64,000 nt of DNA, taken from positions 32,001-96,000 of the forward strand of contig CAXXNO010000012.1 in the NCBI GenBank assembly GCA_963663235.2. The letters run 5' to 3'. Origin of the DNA: Dehalococcoidia bacterium. Lineage in GTDB: Bacteria > Chloroflexota > Dehalococcoidia > Bin125. The notes beneath the pieces are model-generated. The model worked only from the letters and a program-made list of their open reading frames with translations, did not search any database and was not told the DNA's origin. Below are positions 26,649-36,818 of this stretch, piece by piece; the first letter of the stretch is position 1; every line of letters starts with the position of its first letter. The position numbers and the translations under genes were made by a program.

Positions 26649-29600
26649 ATGGCCTACGTCGAGCTGCACTGCCACAGCGGCTACTCGTTCCTAGACGGCG
26701 CTTCCACGCCGAACGAGCTGGCGCACTACGCCCACGCCCTCGGCCATTCGGCGCTCGCGCTCACGGACACCGACGGGCTCTACGGCGCGATGGAGTTCGC
26801 GAAGGCGGCGAGCGCCTGGGGGGTCCGGCCGATTATTGGCGCGGAGGTCACGCTGGCAGGGCCCGACGGGTCGCGGCCACGCATGGATCGCCCGGCCGAA
26901 GGCTATCGGCTGCTTTTGCTCGTCGAGAACGCCCACGGCTACGCCAACCTCTGCCGCCTGATCACGGCCGCGCACCTCGCCCACGAGAAGGGCGAACCGG
27001 CGCTCGACCCGGCGCTGCTGGCGACACATGCGAACGGCCTGATCTGCCTGACCGGCTCGCCAGATCACGGCGAGGTGGCGCGCCTCGCGTCGGCCGGCGA
27101 CCTCGACGGTGCACGCGCCGCCCTCGCGCGACTCGTCGAGTGGTTCGGGCATTCCCGGATCTACGTCGAACTCCAGCACCACTACGCCCCCGGCGACCGC
27201 AACAGGAACGAGCGGTTGGTGGCGCTGGCCCGCGACTGCGGCCTGGCAGTGGTGGCGACGAACGACGTGCACTACCACGCGCCGGACCGGCGTCGTCTGC
27301 AGGATGTGTTGGTCGCGATCCGCACGCACCAACCGCTCGACGCCTGCCACCGCGAGCGCTTCCCCAACGGCGAGTATTACCTGAAGTCCGAGGCGGAGAT
27401 ACGGGCCGCCTTCGCCGACTGGCCCGAGGCGATCGAGCACACGGGCGAGGTAGCGGAGCGCTGCCGCTTCGACATCGAGTCCCAGCTCACCTACCGCTTC
27501 CCCGATTACCCCACGCCCCAGGGCGAGCCGCCCGACGCCTATCTCCGCGCCGTCTGCGAGGCCACGATACGCGACCGCTACAGCACCGTCACCGGCGCGG
27601 TCCCTCCGAACGTGCAAGCGCGGCTTGAGGAGGAGCTGCGACTGATCGCCCGGCATAGACTCGCGGGTTTCTTTCTCATCTACCGCGACCTGATCGAGGA
27701 GGGGAAACAAGTGCTGGCGGAGCTGCGGGCCGAGCGCGGCGACCCCACGCCCGTGACCCACCCGCCGGGACGGGGGCGCGGCTCCTCGGTCGGATCGCTG
27801 GTCTGCTACCTGATCGGGCTCTCCCACATCGACCCGATCGCCAACGACCTCTTCCTGGGACGCTTCCTCAACGAGGAGATGGCAGCCGTTCCCGACATCG
27901 ATCTGGACTTCTCACGGGAGGTGCGGGAGCGGATGATCGCGCGCGTCTACGAGCGCTGGGGGCGGGATCATGTCGCGCTGACCTGCACGTTCCCGACCTA
28001 CCGCACGCGCGGGGCGATCCGGGAAGTGGGGAAGGCGCTCGGGCTTCCCGCACCGGCCCTGGACAAGCTCGCCAAGCTCGCCGCCCGGACCGGCGTGGAG
28101 GACCTGCCGCAGGAGATGGCGCGGCTGCCCGAGTTCCGCGACCAGACCCGCACCCCGATGTGGCGGCACTTCTTCCGCCTCGTGCAGGAGATCCACGGGC
28201 TGCCGCGGCACGTCAGCCAGCACGTGGGCGGCATGATCATCTCCTCCACTCCCCTCGTGAAGTGCGTGCCGCTGGAGAACAGCCGGATGCCGGGGCGAGT
28301 GGTCTGCCAGTGGGACAAGGACAGCATCGACGACGCCCGCTTCATCAAGATCGACTTCCTGGCCCTGGGGATGCTCTCAGCGGTGGACGAGTGCCTAGAC
28401 CGGATCCGCGCGCGCACGGGCAAGAGCGTGGATTTGTCGCGCATCGACTTCGCCGACCCGCGCGTCTACTCGGCGATCCAGGCCGGCGACACGGTGGGCA
28501 CGTTCCAGGTCGAGAGCCGCGCACAGATCCAGAGCATCATCCGCACGCGGCCCGAGAACCTGGAAGACCTGACGGTCCAGGTGGCGATCATCCGGCCGGG
28601 CCCCATCGTCGGCGGCGCGGTGAACCCGTACATCAATCGGCGGATGGGGCGGGAGCTCGTGACCTACGACCACCCGCTCTTGGAGCCCGCCCTGAAAGAG
28701 ACGCTGGGGGTGGTGCTCTATCAGGAGCAGGTGATCGAGGTCGTGATGGCGATCGGCGGGTTCTCGCCCGGACAGGCGGACCAGATGCGCCGGGCGATGC
28801 GCCGCAAGCGGTCGTTCGAGGCGATGGCGGAGTTCTGGGAGGCCTTTCGGGCCGGCGCAGCCGAGCGAGGCATTGCCCGTGATTTGGCGGAGACGATCTT
28901 TCGCAAGCTGCTGGGGTTCGCCGAGTTCGGCTTCCCCAAGAGCCACGCCGCCGCCTTCGGGCTACTGGCCTATCAGTCGAACTGGCTGCGGGTCCATTAC
29001 CCGGCGGAGTACCTGGCGGCGTTGCTCAATGCGCAGCCAATGGGCTTCTATTCGCCCGAAGTCCTGGTCGGCGACGCGAAACGCCACGAGGTGCCCCTCC
29101 TCGCGCCCGATATCAACCGCAGCACGGACCGCTGCGCGCCGGAAGGCGAGGGCGTACGTCTGGGTCTCGCGATGGTCCGGTCGATCGGTGAGACGCCGGC
29201 GAAAACGATCGTCCAGGAACGGGATCGCTACGGCGCCTACGGCTCGCTGTTCGATCTCTACCGGCGCGTGCCGTTGCGGCGGGAGGGGATCGAGGCGCTG
29301 ATCGAAGCGTGCGCCTTCGACTGGACGGGGCTGGAACGGCGGGAACTCCTCTGGCAGGTGGGATTGTTCTACCAGCCTGTCGCGCAGCCGGCCGGTGAGG
29401 CGGCCCGAACGGCGCCGAGTCCCCGGCAGTTACCGTTGGCGCTCCCGACGGTGCAGGACCAGCCGCCGCTGCGGCCGATGAGCCGCTGGGAACGGCTGGT
29501 GGCCGACTACCGGGCCCTCGGCCTTTCCACCGTCGATCACCCGATGGCGGCGCTGCGAAACTGGCTGGATCAATTGCACGAAGGCGTAGTGCGGGTGGCC

Positions 29601-29906
29601 GGGCTGGAGGAGATGGCCGCGGATGGCCCGGTGACCATCGCGGGCCTCGTGGTCTGCCGCCAACAACCGGAAACGGCCAAAGGGTTCATCTTCCTGCTAC
29701 TGGAGGACGAGACGGGGCTGGCCAACATCGTCGTCAGTCCACAGGTGCACAAGCAGTTCCAGGAGCTGGTGCGGCTAGAGCCGTTCGTCGTGGTGCACGG
29801 CGACTTGGAGCGCAAAGACGGCGTGACCAATGTGATAGGCCGGTCGCTGGAGCGGCTCGAGGTGCCGCCGGAGATGGTCGCGCCGGAGGCGCACAGCTTT
29901 CACTAG
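26649..29906 (+). CDS. dnaE2: Error-prone DNA polymerase III alpha (ImuC)
   Basis: PHP ELHCHS.YSFLDG, GRGSS, PDIDLDF, GFPKSHA, C-terminal AHSFH; in an SOS cassette. Confidence 0.93.
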   Translation: MAYVELHCHSGYSFLDGASTPNELAHYAHALGHSALALTDTDGLYGAMEFAKAASAWGVRPIIGAEVTLAGPDGSRPRMDRPAEGYRLLLLVENAHGYANLCRLITAAHLAHEKGEPALDPALLATHANGLICLTGSPDHGEVARLASAGDLDGARAALARLVEWFGHSRIYVELQHHYAPGDRNRNERLVALARDCGLAVVATNDVHYHAPDRRRLQDVLVAIRTHQPLDACHRERFPNGEYYLKSEAEIRAAFADWPEAIEHTGEVAERCRFDIESQLTYRFPDYPTPQGEPPDAYLRAVCEATIRDRYSTVTGAVPPNVQARLEEELRLIARHRLAGFFLIYRDLIEEGKQVLAELRAERGDPTPVTHPPGRGRGSSVGSLVCYLIGLSHIDPIANDLFLGRFLNEEMAAVPDIDLDFSREVRERMIARVYERWGRDHVALTCTFPTYRTRGAIREVGKALGLPAPALDKLAKLAARTGVEDLPQEMARLPEFRDQTRTPMWRHFFRLVQEIHGLPRHVSQHVGGMIISSTPLVKCVPLENSRMPGRVVCQWDKDSIDDARFIKIDFLALGMLSAVDECLDRIRARTGKSVDLSRIDFADPRVYSAIQAGDTVGTFQVESRAQIQSIIRTRPENLEDLTVQVAIIRPGPIVGGAVNPYINRRMGRELVTYDHPLLEPALKETLGVVLYQEQVIEVVMAIGGFSPGQADQMRRAMRRKRSFEAMAEFWEAFRAGAAERGIARDLAETIFRKLLGFAEFGFPKSHAAAFGLLAYQSNWLRVHYPAEYLAALLNAQPMGFYSPEVLVGDAKRHEVPLLAPDINRSTDRCAPEGEGVRLGLAMVRSIGETPAKTIVQERDRYGAYGSLFDLYRRVPLRREGIEALIEACAFDWTGLERRELLWQVGLFYQPVAQPAGEAARTAPSPRQLPLALPTVQDQPPLRPMSRWERLVADYRALGLSTVDHPMAALRNWLDQLHEGVVRVAGLEEMAADGPVTIAGLVVCRQQPETAKGFIFLLLEDETGLANIVVSPQVHKQFQELVRLEPFVVVHGDLERKDGVTNVIGRSLERLEVPPEMVAPEAHSFH

Positions 29907-30051
29907 GTCTGGAAGATCAGGAGGAATGCACCATCGAAGGTCGCCGATTCGCCTGGATCGGTGTAAGACGAGCGGACGATCAAGCAGTCGGTCAACCGCT
30001 CAAACCGGCTCAGCCCTTTTCCTATCTGGTAGTGCAGGCCAGATGAGGTTG

Positions 30052-30149
30052 GGCACCCGTGGGACCACAACATGCCGTCCGACGGCCGCCGAGCGCTCAG
30101 ATCTACCGGGAATCGTCGGCGATCCGAGTTTTGTGGTCCCACAGGTGCC
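30052..30149. repeat. 98-bp element bounded by 19-bp inverted repeats (MITE or structured RNA)
   Basis: GGCACCCGTGGGACCACAA / TTGTGGTCCCACAGGTGCC, 1 mismatch. Confidence 0.65.
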
Positions 30150-30382
30150 GCTGCGCGGAGTGGAGAGCCGGTCGACGTGAGCGGCCGGCAGATCGGGCAT
30201 CGGATGCTGATCGTGCACTGAGGTGGGGTGGAAGACACGTCGTACGGCCGCGTCATGGAATCGCGCGATAGATCCCGCACGTCGCCGGATCGCGACGCCC
30301 GCGGGCCGGTAGACTGCCGCCTATCGAGCAGCGCGCGATCTGGCGCGGCCGCCGCCGGCCGTGCCGGGCGAGAAAGGATGCG

Positions 30383-31152
30383 ATGACGATGTATGAGACC
30401 GATCAGTACGAGGGCATGCTGGCCGAGACGATCACCGTGCGCGGCGCCGGCGGCGATCTGATCCACGCGTACTTCGCGCGGCCGTTGGGGGCCGGGCCAT
30501 TCCCCGGCGTCGTGCTCTTTCACATATGCCGGGCTGGGACGAGTGGTACAAAGAGACGACTCGGCGCTACGCGCATCACGGCTACGCGACGATCAGCCCC
30601 GACCTCTACTGCCGTGCAGGACATGGTGCGCCGGACGACGTGACGGCCAAGATCCGGGCCGAGGGCGGTGTGGCGGACGATCAGGTCGTGGCCGACGCGG
30701 AAGGGTGCATGGCGTATCTGCGCTCCTTGCCGATCCTGAACGGCAAGATCGGCCTGATGGGCACCTGTTCAGGCGGGCGGTATTCGTACCTGACCGGCTG
30801 CCGCTCAGACGGAGTCGACGCCGTGGTGGACTGCTGGGGAGGGGGCGTGGTGATGGCCGACGACGGCCTGACGCCGCAGCGTCCGGTCGCGCCGATCGAT
30901 CTCACCGAGTCCCTTCGCGCGCCCCTGCTGGGGTTATTCGGCGAGGACGATCAGAGCCCCACGCCCGATCAGGTAGCGCAACACGAAGAGGCGCTCAAGC
31001 AGCATGGCAAGCACTACGAGTTCCACATGTACCCCAATGCGGGGCACGGATTCTTCTACTACGACCGGCCGGCGGCCTACCGGGCCGGGCCGGCTGTGGA
31101 CGGCTGGGAGAAGATCTGGGACTTCTTCGGCCGCACCTTGCAGTCGGCCTGA
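30383..31152 (+). pseudogene. Dienelactone hydrolase family protein, frameshift at ~30524
   Basis: GPFPGVVLFH then MPGWDEW in the next frame; GTCSGG, D, AGHGF triad. Confidence 0.85.
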
Positions 31153-31182
31153 GCGCGAGACGGGAACAAGGAGGCTAGGCCC

Positions 31183-31458
31183 ATGTGCACGATGATTGCT
31201 GAGCGCCTGACGGTGCAGGGGAGCGGGAAGGGCCGCGAGGGCTGGTTCCCCCTAACTCAGGCATACGTCTCATACGACCACCCGATCTACGCGCCTTTGG
31301 ATCACGCGCTGAACCTCGACTTCGTCAATGATGCGTCGGGGTTGGGGGCGCGTGTGGCGGTCGAGTTGGACGCGGCGTCCGCCGAGCAGTTAGCTCGGGC
31401 GATCCTGGAGGTGCTGGAGCAGGCCAAGTCCGAGCACCTGACCGATGGCGACCTGTGA
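31183..31458 (+). CDS. DUF6295-like small protein
   Basis: MCT...GSGKG..GWF...YDHP..APLDHALNLDF...RVAVEL. Confidence 0.75.
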   Translation: MCTMIAERLTVQGSGKGREGWFPLTQAYVSYDHPIYAPLDHALNLDFVNDASGLGARVAVELDAASAEQLARAILEVLEQAKSEHLTDGDL

Positions 31459-31579
31459 AGGCTCGATAATCCATCCGTTCTGATCTCAGCACGGTCGGCG
31501 GTCTTCGCGCTGCTCATTCACGTTCGGAATCAGAACTGATGGAGTTTTGGCGCCCCACAGGCGAACGCGGCGGTTGGCG

Positions 31580-33340
31580 TTAGCGCTCGTAGATCAGGGC
31601 GGCGGCGGTGAACCCGTCAACCTGGGCCGCCGTCTTCCCCACGAAGACTTCGAGCATCAGCGTGCGCGGCGCCAGCAGCTCGAACAGCACGACCCCGTGT
31701 ATCGGGCCATCCACGCCTCTCGCCTCGATCCCGTGCACCAGACTGACGCGATCCCAGGGCGCATCCCCAACCCAGTAGTCGTAGCGCACGAGTTCGTAGG
31801 CAATCGGTCCGGAGTCGACGGAGACGTCCGTTGGATTCGGTGCGTTCCCTCGCACTGCGAACTGCGCCGACGCCCCGTCGAACGTCCCCAGTGAGATCAC
31901 GACCAGCGACGGGTCCAGGTGGTCGTAGGCGACGGCCAGATGTCCGGCCCAATAGCGCGCTGGATCCACCCCGGCGTACCCGTTGGTCCCTTCCTGGAAC
32001 CAGTTGCCGACCAACAGTCCCTCCACGTCGTAGTCAAAGCGGCCGCCCACCGGGTCAGCGGTCCGCAAACTCTTGGCGACGAGCTGCTCGCGGATCGCGT
32101 CCGAGAAGTAGGGGAACGAGTTGGGCGCGTGAATCTTCCACGGCTCCGCCTGGTAGCGCTCGGGCACCAGCAAGCCGGCCAGAGTCACCGTGGTGTCCAC
32201 CACGTTGTAGTCCACGTTGCCCTGGAAGGTGCCGATTTGCTCGCCGGCCGACACCGTAACGGCCGCACTCGTGAACCCTCCCGCCGCCGGCGCGACCGCG
32301 GACAGGGTGGGCGAGAGCTGGCCAACGTGGATGAAGATGCTGGAGATCCCACAGGTATGTTCAATGACCAGCCGATAGTCATCGATTGGCGCGCGCGGCT
32401 GATCGGAGATTGATTGGTCCATGTGCTGGATCTCGGTCACTGTCCCGGCGGCTGGGCTGTACACCGCGATCACCCGCGCGGGGTCCTTGTAATTCTGGAA
32501 ATACTGATGGTCCACCGGGGTTACGTGCGAGTCGGACATCAAGCCCAGTGGTACCACGAACTCGATCGCGTCCAGATCGACGGGCGGATGCTCGAACGTC
32601 GGCCGTTCCTCGTCGCACGAGGCAGGACTGCTGCCGTCCGTCGTCGCGCCAGTGTTGCCGGCGCTATCGCAGGGGTCCGAGGCGGGGATCGACCAGTCGA
32701 GGCTGGCGACGAGGTTGAGCCAGACGGCGTCGCCGAAGTTGAGCTGGGTGAGGTCGTTGAGCGCGTCGGGGAGGCGCGTGTCGAAGGTCTTGAAGCGCTG
32801 CGCTTGGTTGTCGAAGGTCAGGGCCGCGGTGAAGGGCAACTGGACGATGGTTTGCACACCGAAGGCCTGGGGCGAGAAGGCGTCCCAGACGTTAGTGGCG
32901 TTGGGGCCGGTCCAGGTGGCGAGGTTCCAGCCCGTGGCCATGGGGGCGAGACGGCCGGCTTGGGGCGCGGTGGGCAGGGTGATGGACGATGGGCCGTCAT
33001 CGAGGTAGATCCAGACGGCCGCACCGGCGTCGACGGCGGTGAGGGTATTGAAGGAGGGAGGCAGGTCGGGTCGCCAAGTGCCGTACTGCTGCGCGTCCGC
33101 GTCCCAGCCGAAGACGGCGGATGCCCCGGGGGCGACGGCGGCGGGCGTCGCCGGGTTGAGGACGCCGACGAGGTTGAAGCCCGTGGCGAGCGGCACAGTG
33201 AGCGAGTCGCAGTTGGCGGGGCCGGTCTGCGCCTGGGCACCGGGGTGTGGGGTGAGGGCGAAGACGGCGGCGAGCAGAGCCGTGAGGGCGGCGACGGCGA
33301 GGACAGTTGCGAGGCGATGATGGGCGAAGACGGCGGGCAT
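31580..33340 (-). CDS. Secreted protein: two anchoring-like repeats plus an M23-like hybrid-fold domain
   Basis: Signal peptide AQA; L.TG[FW]NL...[WF]D..AQ...LP...N.LT....G.AVW twice; HVTPVDH, VYSPAAG, VSAGEQIG. Confidence 0.65.
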   Translation of the reverse strand: MPAVFAHHRLATVLAVAALTALLAAVFALTPHPGAQAQTGPANCDSLTVPLATGFNLVGVLNPATPAAVAPGASAVFGWDADAQQYGTWRPDLPPSFNTLTAVDAGAAVWIYLDDGPSSITLPTAPQAGRLAPMATGWNLATWTGPNATNVWDAFSPQAFGVQTIVQLPFTAALTFDNQAQRFKTFDTRLPDALNDLTQLNFGDAVWLNLVASLDWSIPASDPCDSAGNTGATTDGSSPASCDEERPTFEHPPVDLDAIEFVVPLGLMSDSHVTPVDHQYFQNYKDPARVIAVYSPAAGTVTEIQHMDQSISDQPRAPIDDYRLVIEHTCGISSIFIHVGQLSPTLSAVAPAAGGFTSAAVTVSAGEQIGTFQGNVDYNVVDTTVTLAGLLVPERYQAEPWKIHAPNSFPYFSDAIREQLVAKSLRTADPVGGRFDYDVEGLLVGNWFQEGTNGYAGVDPARYWAGHLAVAYDHLDPSLVVISLGTFDGASAQFAVRGNAPNPTDVSVDSGPIAYELVRYDYWVGDAPWDRVSLVHGIEARGVDGPIHGVVLFELLAPRTLMLEVFVGKTAAQVDGFTAAALIYER

Positions 33341-33575
33341 TGGCTTCCTCTGGAGGTTGCTTCGGAATGGTGCTGAGAGAACGACGAAGCCTATCGATCG
33401 ATCATCGGCGGGGAGTGGGCGTAGTTGCACCGCGAAGGTGAGAGGACAAATGAGACGGGGCGGCAGGCGGCGTTACCTGGCGCTGCGGGACAATCTCTGT
33501 TGTCGCCTTGGTCCCATCTGGTGGGGAGACAAGTTGCGTTGCCTGGGCTACGGATTAGGGCGCGTTGGAGCGCCC

Positions 33576-33646
33576 TGACCTGCCCCCCAAGAACTGATTC
33601 GGGACGAATGCGAGGACGCGCCTTGGTCGGAGAGGGGAGCAGGTCA
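33576..33646. mobile_element. 71-bp IS3-derived miniature element
   Basis: TGACCTGCCCCCC...GGGGAGCAGGTCA, same ends as the IS3 at 20953; flanks GCCC / GCCT. Confidence 0.72.
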
Positions 33647-34089
33647 GCCTAGCCGGGCTGGTCGGCCACAAGCAAACGTGCAGCCGGACTGTACGACGCA
33701 TACGCGTCGGCCGCCTTCGCCGCGTCGTACTTCACCGAGTAGCGTCGCACCATCGCGGAGGACGAGGGGCCCAACGGGTCGTGGGAGGGCAAAGCTCGGC
33801 CGAGCCCAATGGATGGATGAGTCGGCGATGACGGGGAACACTATCTCGCGATAGTGCGCGGCCGCCAGGCCTAGACGGCGTTAGAATCTCCGCGTTTCCG
33901 GCCGCGTACCAGCGCCGACTCTGGTTCGCATCACGAGTCCACCCGCGTAATCACGGCGACGTCTGCCACCTTGTCGTGCCAGGTCCGGCGTTCGGGGTCC
34001 CATAGCATCCAGAGATAGTCCAGCAGCAGGCAGGCGGCGCTGCGGAGGCATGGTGCGACTGACCTATTGCGGGAGGGTCACACGACCCG

Positions 34090-34283
34090 TCTGCGTGGCC
34101 GACCCCGTGCTTCTCTGGCACGGCAGCCGCGAAGTGCACGTCCCGATTCGGATCGGGCGCGCTGTGGCCGCGGCCCTTCCCCACTGCGAAGCCCACTTCC
34201 TCCCGAAGGAAGGGCACAACTCGATCGCTCTGCGGCGCCTGCCGGAGATTCTGCGGGCGCTCGTGTCGGGCTCGAACCCGTGA
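34090..34283 (+). pseudogene. Alpha/beta-hydrolase C-terminal fragment
   Basis: PVLLWHG...VP...LP....FLPKEGH. Confidence 0.6.
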
Positions 34284-34716
34284 CCTTCTCCGTGGGAAGC
34301 AGGCGCTTAGCCGGCCGCGCTGGTCTCGGTTGCGAGTAAGCGGGCGGCGGGGCTAAAGGCGGCGTGCGCGGCGGTCGCCTGCTACCCCGCAGGCGGCACA
34401 TCGCGTGCGACTGATATCGCGGGCCGCCTCGACGATCCGGGCCAAGGTCTGCTCGATCTCAAGCCCCTCGCCGATGGCGAGGGCGCTGGCACGGCGCGAT
34501 TCTTCCCCTGCCGCTCAGCGCCGGGCCCGCTCCCACGCTGCTGCTCCGCCACCAGCCCCGGTCGTTCTTCGTCGAGAGGCGAACGGCTCTCTCTGGGGCC
34601 GGAGCGAGCGTCACATCTGGCGGGTTAAGCAGTCTATCAGACAGTGACGCGTGGGCACGGCCACGGGCCGACCGGAGCCTCGCAGGCTACCCGGCGGCGG
34701 GTGAGTACGTCGTGAG

Positions 34717-35841
34717 ATGAGCGGTGACCGTATGGAGACTGAGGATATCTCCGGGCCGGAGGACGTGGCCCGAGCCTTGATTCAGGAGGCGACATGCCTG
34801 CGTGCGCTGACTGCGCGTGGGGACGTGCCGGCATCCTTGCAACAGGCCAGCTCGCTTCTCGGCGGCGTCATGGAGACTGCGGCGCGGCAGCGCGACTTCT
34901 GCGAGACGCTAGCGGCCTTGGGCGCCATGACGTCCAATCAAGATGGTTGGGACGCGGCCGCGCGGCACCTGTACCAGCGGATCCTCCTACCAGGACATCC
35001 GGCGTTCTGGAGCGCCGTGTTGCGCGCCGTCGCGCGCCGAGCGCCTCCCACCGCAGCGCTGTTACTGGAGTGCGCCGCTCAAAGCGAGACGGACAGGCTA
35101 GCCGTCGAGTTAGTCGCCACGGGCAGTTCCGCCACTACGGCACCATCCGCGAGGACGACAATGCTGCAAGTGGCAATGCCCATACCGAAGTCTGAGCGGA
35201 TCGCCGCGTACAACGCCAACGTGAAGCCAGTGTTCCGAGATCTGCATGGTGGAATCCGAGAGTGCCAGGGGGAGTCGCCGCCGGATCCGGACACATCAGT
35301 CTACGAGTTGGACGTCCGTGTCCGGCGAACGGCGAACGGCCAGCAGCCGATCCGTGAGATGACTCAAGTCGCGCTCGGTGGCCGTTACGATACGGTCTTT
35401 CGTCGGCTCGTCGTCCCCGTCTTGGACCGCCTCGTCCTGACCGCAACACAACAGTACAAGAGCAGCTCAGCGGCGTCCGTCTCCCAGGATTCAGCACGGG
35501 AAGCCGCCGACACACAGACCAGCGAGATCGTGCGCGGCTGGGCCGCTCACGTGTTTCACCAGCATGCCCCGCCGGCGTCTGCCGATCCGGCCATGCAAGC
35601 GCGCTGGAAGCGTGTCTTCGGCGACCGCTGTTGCGCGGCCGACTCCTTCATCGACGACAACGGTCGCGTGCGATCGGGTGCGGAGTACTGGACGCACGAG
35701 GCGGCGAAGCTCCTCGATAGGCCGCAGTGCTCGGAGCAGAGCGTCGCAGCCGGGCCCGCCGTTAGATCAGGCCAATCTCGCTGGGTTCAGGCCAGCCACC
35801 ATGGTACGCACCCCAGCCCATCACGACGCCCAACCCGTTAA
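34717..35841 (+). CDS. Hypothetical protein
   Basis: 374-codon ORF with no competing long ORF; no motif recognised. Confidence 0.4.
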   Translation: MSGDRMETEDISGPEDVARALIQEATCLRALTARGDVPASLQQASSLLGGVMETAARQRDFCETLAALGAMTSNQDGWDAAARHLYQRILLPGHPAFWSAVLRAVARRAPPTAALLLECAAQSETDRLAVELVATGSSATTAPSARTTMLQVAMPIPKSERIAAYNANVKPVFRDLHGGIRECQGESPPDPDTSVYELDVRVRRTANGQQPIREMTQVALGGRYDTVFRRLVVPVLDRLVLTATQQYKSSSAASVSQDSAREAADTQTSEIVRGWAAHVFHQHAPPASADPAMQARWKRVFGDRCCAADSFIDDNGRVRSGAEYWTHEAAKLLDRPQCSEQSVAAGPAVRSGQSRWVQASHHGTHPSPSRRPTR

Positions 35842-35966
35842 CCAAAGACGCACCAGCAAACGCGAAGAGGGTGATCCGGGGCCAGATCGGCGTTGCGAGC
35901 TGGCCGGTCGCCGGGCGATAGGCAGTCTTGTCCCAGGGCGATCGCGAACACGCGCCGCCGCATCCG

Positions 35967-36758
35967 TCAAACTACTCCGCGCGCAAGATAGACCCGCACT
36001 CTCATGGGAACCGTGCCATCCGGCTGCACAACGGCGGAATCAGCGCGATGCTCAGCCATCACGGCCTGTCGCGTCTCGGCATCGACCGCGCTGAGCCGTG
36101 CCAGGAACGCGAAGGCGCGACACATCTCCCACCAAACCTCGAAGCTGGGAAAGATGACATCCAAGGTGTGCTCTTCGATTTCCACCTCGTGGAGATCGGC
36201 CCGCAGCATCGATTGTGCGATCTCGGACGGCTCGTCGCCGAACGGACGGTGCAGGAGCGCCACCTCATGGCGCTCCATGAGAGCCTGCAGGTGGTCACCC
36301 GCCGGGGCGAGGAAGTTCTGCGCCCAGAGCGTCGCTGCCACCACGCCGCCACCGCGCACCACCCTGGCAGCCTCCCGAAACAGACGGACCGGCTCCTGGA
36401 TGTAGGGCAGGCCGAATCCGCAGAGCGCCACGTCCATACTGCCTTCCGGCAGGTCCAGAGCCGTGGCGTCGTCGCGGACGAAGCGAACTGCGGCCTCTCG
36501 CTCCCCTACCACAGACCGAGCGATTTGCAGCTGTCGCTCCGCCACGTCGACGCCGACCACAGAACCATCTACCCCGACGGTGCCCGCGGCGGGCAGCGCT
36601 ACCGTCCCCGGTCCAGTGGCCAGGTCAAGTACGGCCTGCCCGGGGCGAAGACCACTACGTTCCACGAGTAGCTGGGCGAAATGGGGCAAGAAGGCCGCGC
36701 CTGTGCGGCCGTACGCCGTGTCGGCATCATTGAACGCACGGGCGAACAACTCGCTCAC
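35967..36758 (-). CDS. Class I SAM-dependent methyltransferase
   Basis: VLDLATGPG, VVGVDVA, DATALDLPEGSMD, RVVRGGG. Start uncertain. Confidence 0.85.
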   Translation of the reverse strand: MSELFARAFNDADTAYGRTGAAFLPHFAQLLVERSGLRPGQAVLDLATGPGTVALPAAGTVGVDGSVVGVDVAERQLQIARSVVGEREAAVRFVRDDATALDLPEGSMDVALCGFGLPYIQEPVRLFREAARVVRGGGVVAATLWAQNFLAPAGDHLQALMERHEVALLHRPFGDEPSEIAQSMLRADLHEVEIEEHTLDVIFPSFEVWWEMCRAFAFLARLSAVDAETRQAVMAEHRADSAVVQPDGTVPMRVRVYLARGVV

Positions 36759-36818
36759 GGACTGGTTCAGAATCGTCTGCCACCCTTCGAATGTGAGCCT
36801 CAGTGTAGTCTCCACCGC

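Noticed and set aside
30515-30530. Programmed frameshifting in the dienelactone hydrolase (and in ImmA near 6090)
   Set aside because: No slippery sequence; single-base losses are better explained by mutation or sequencing error.
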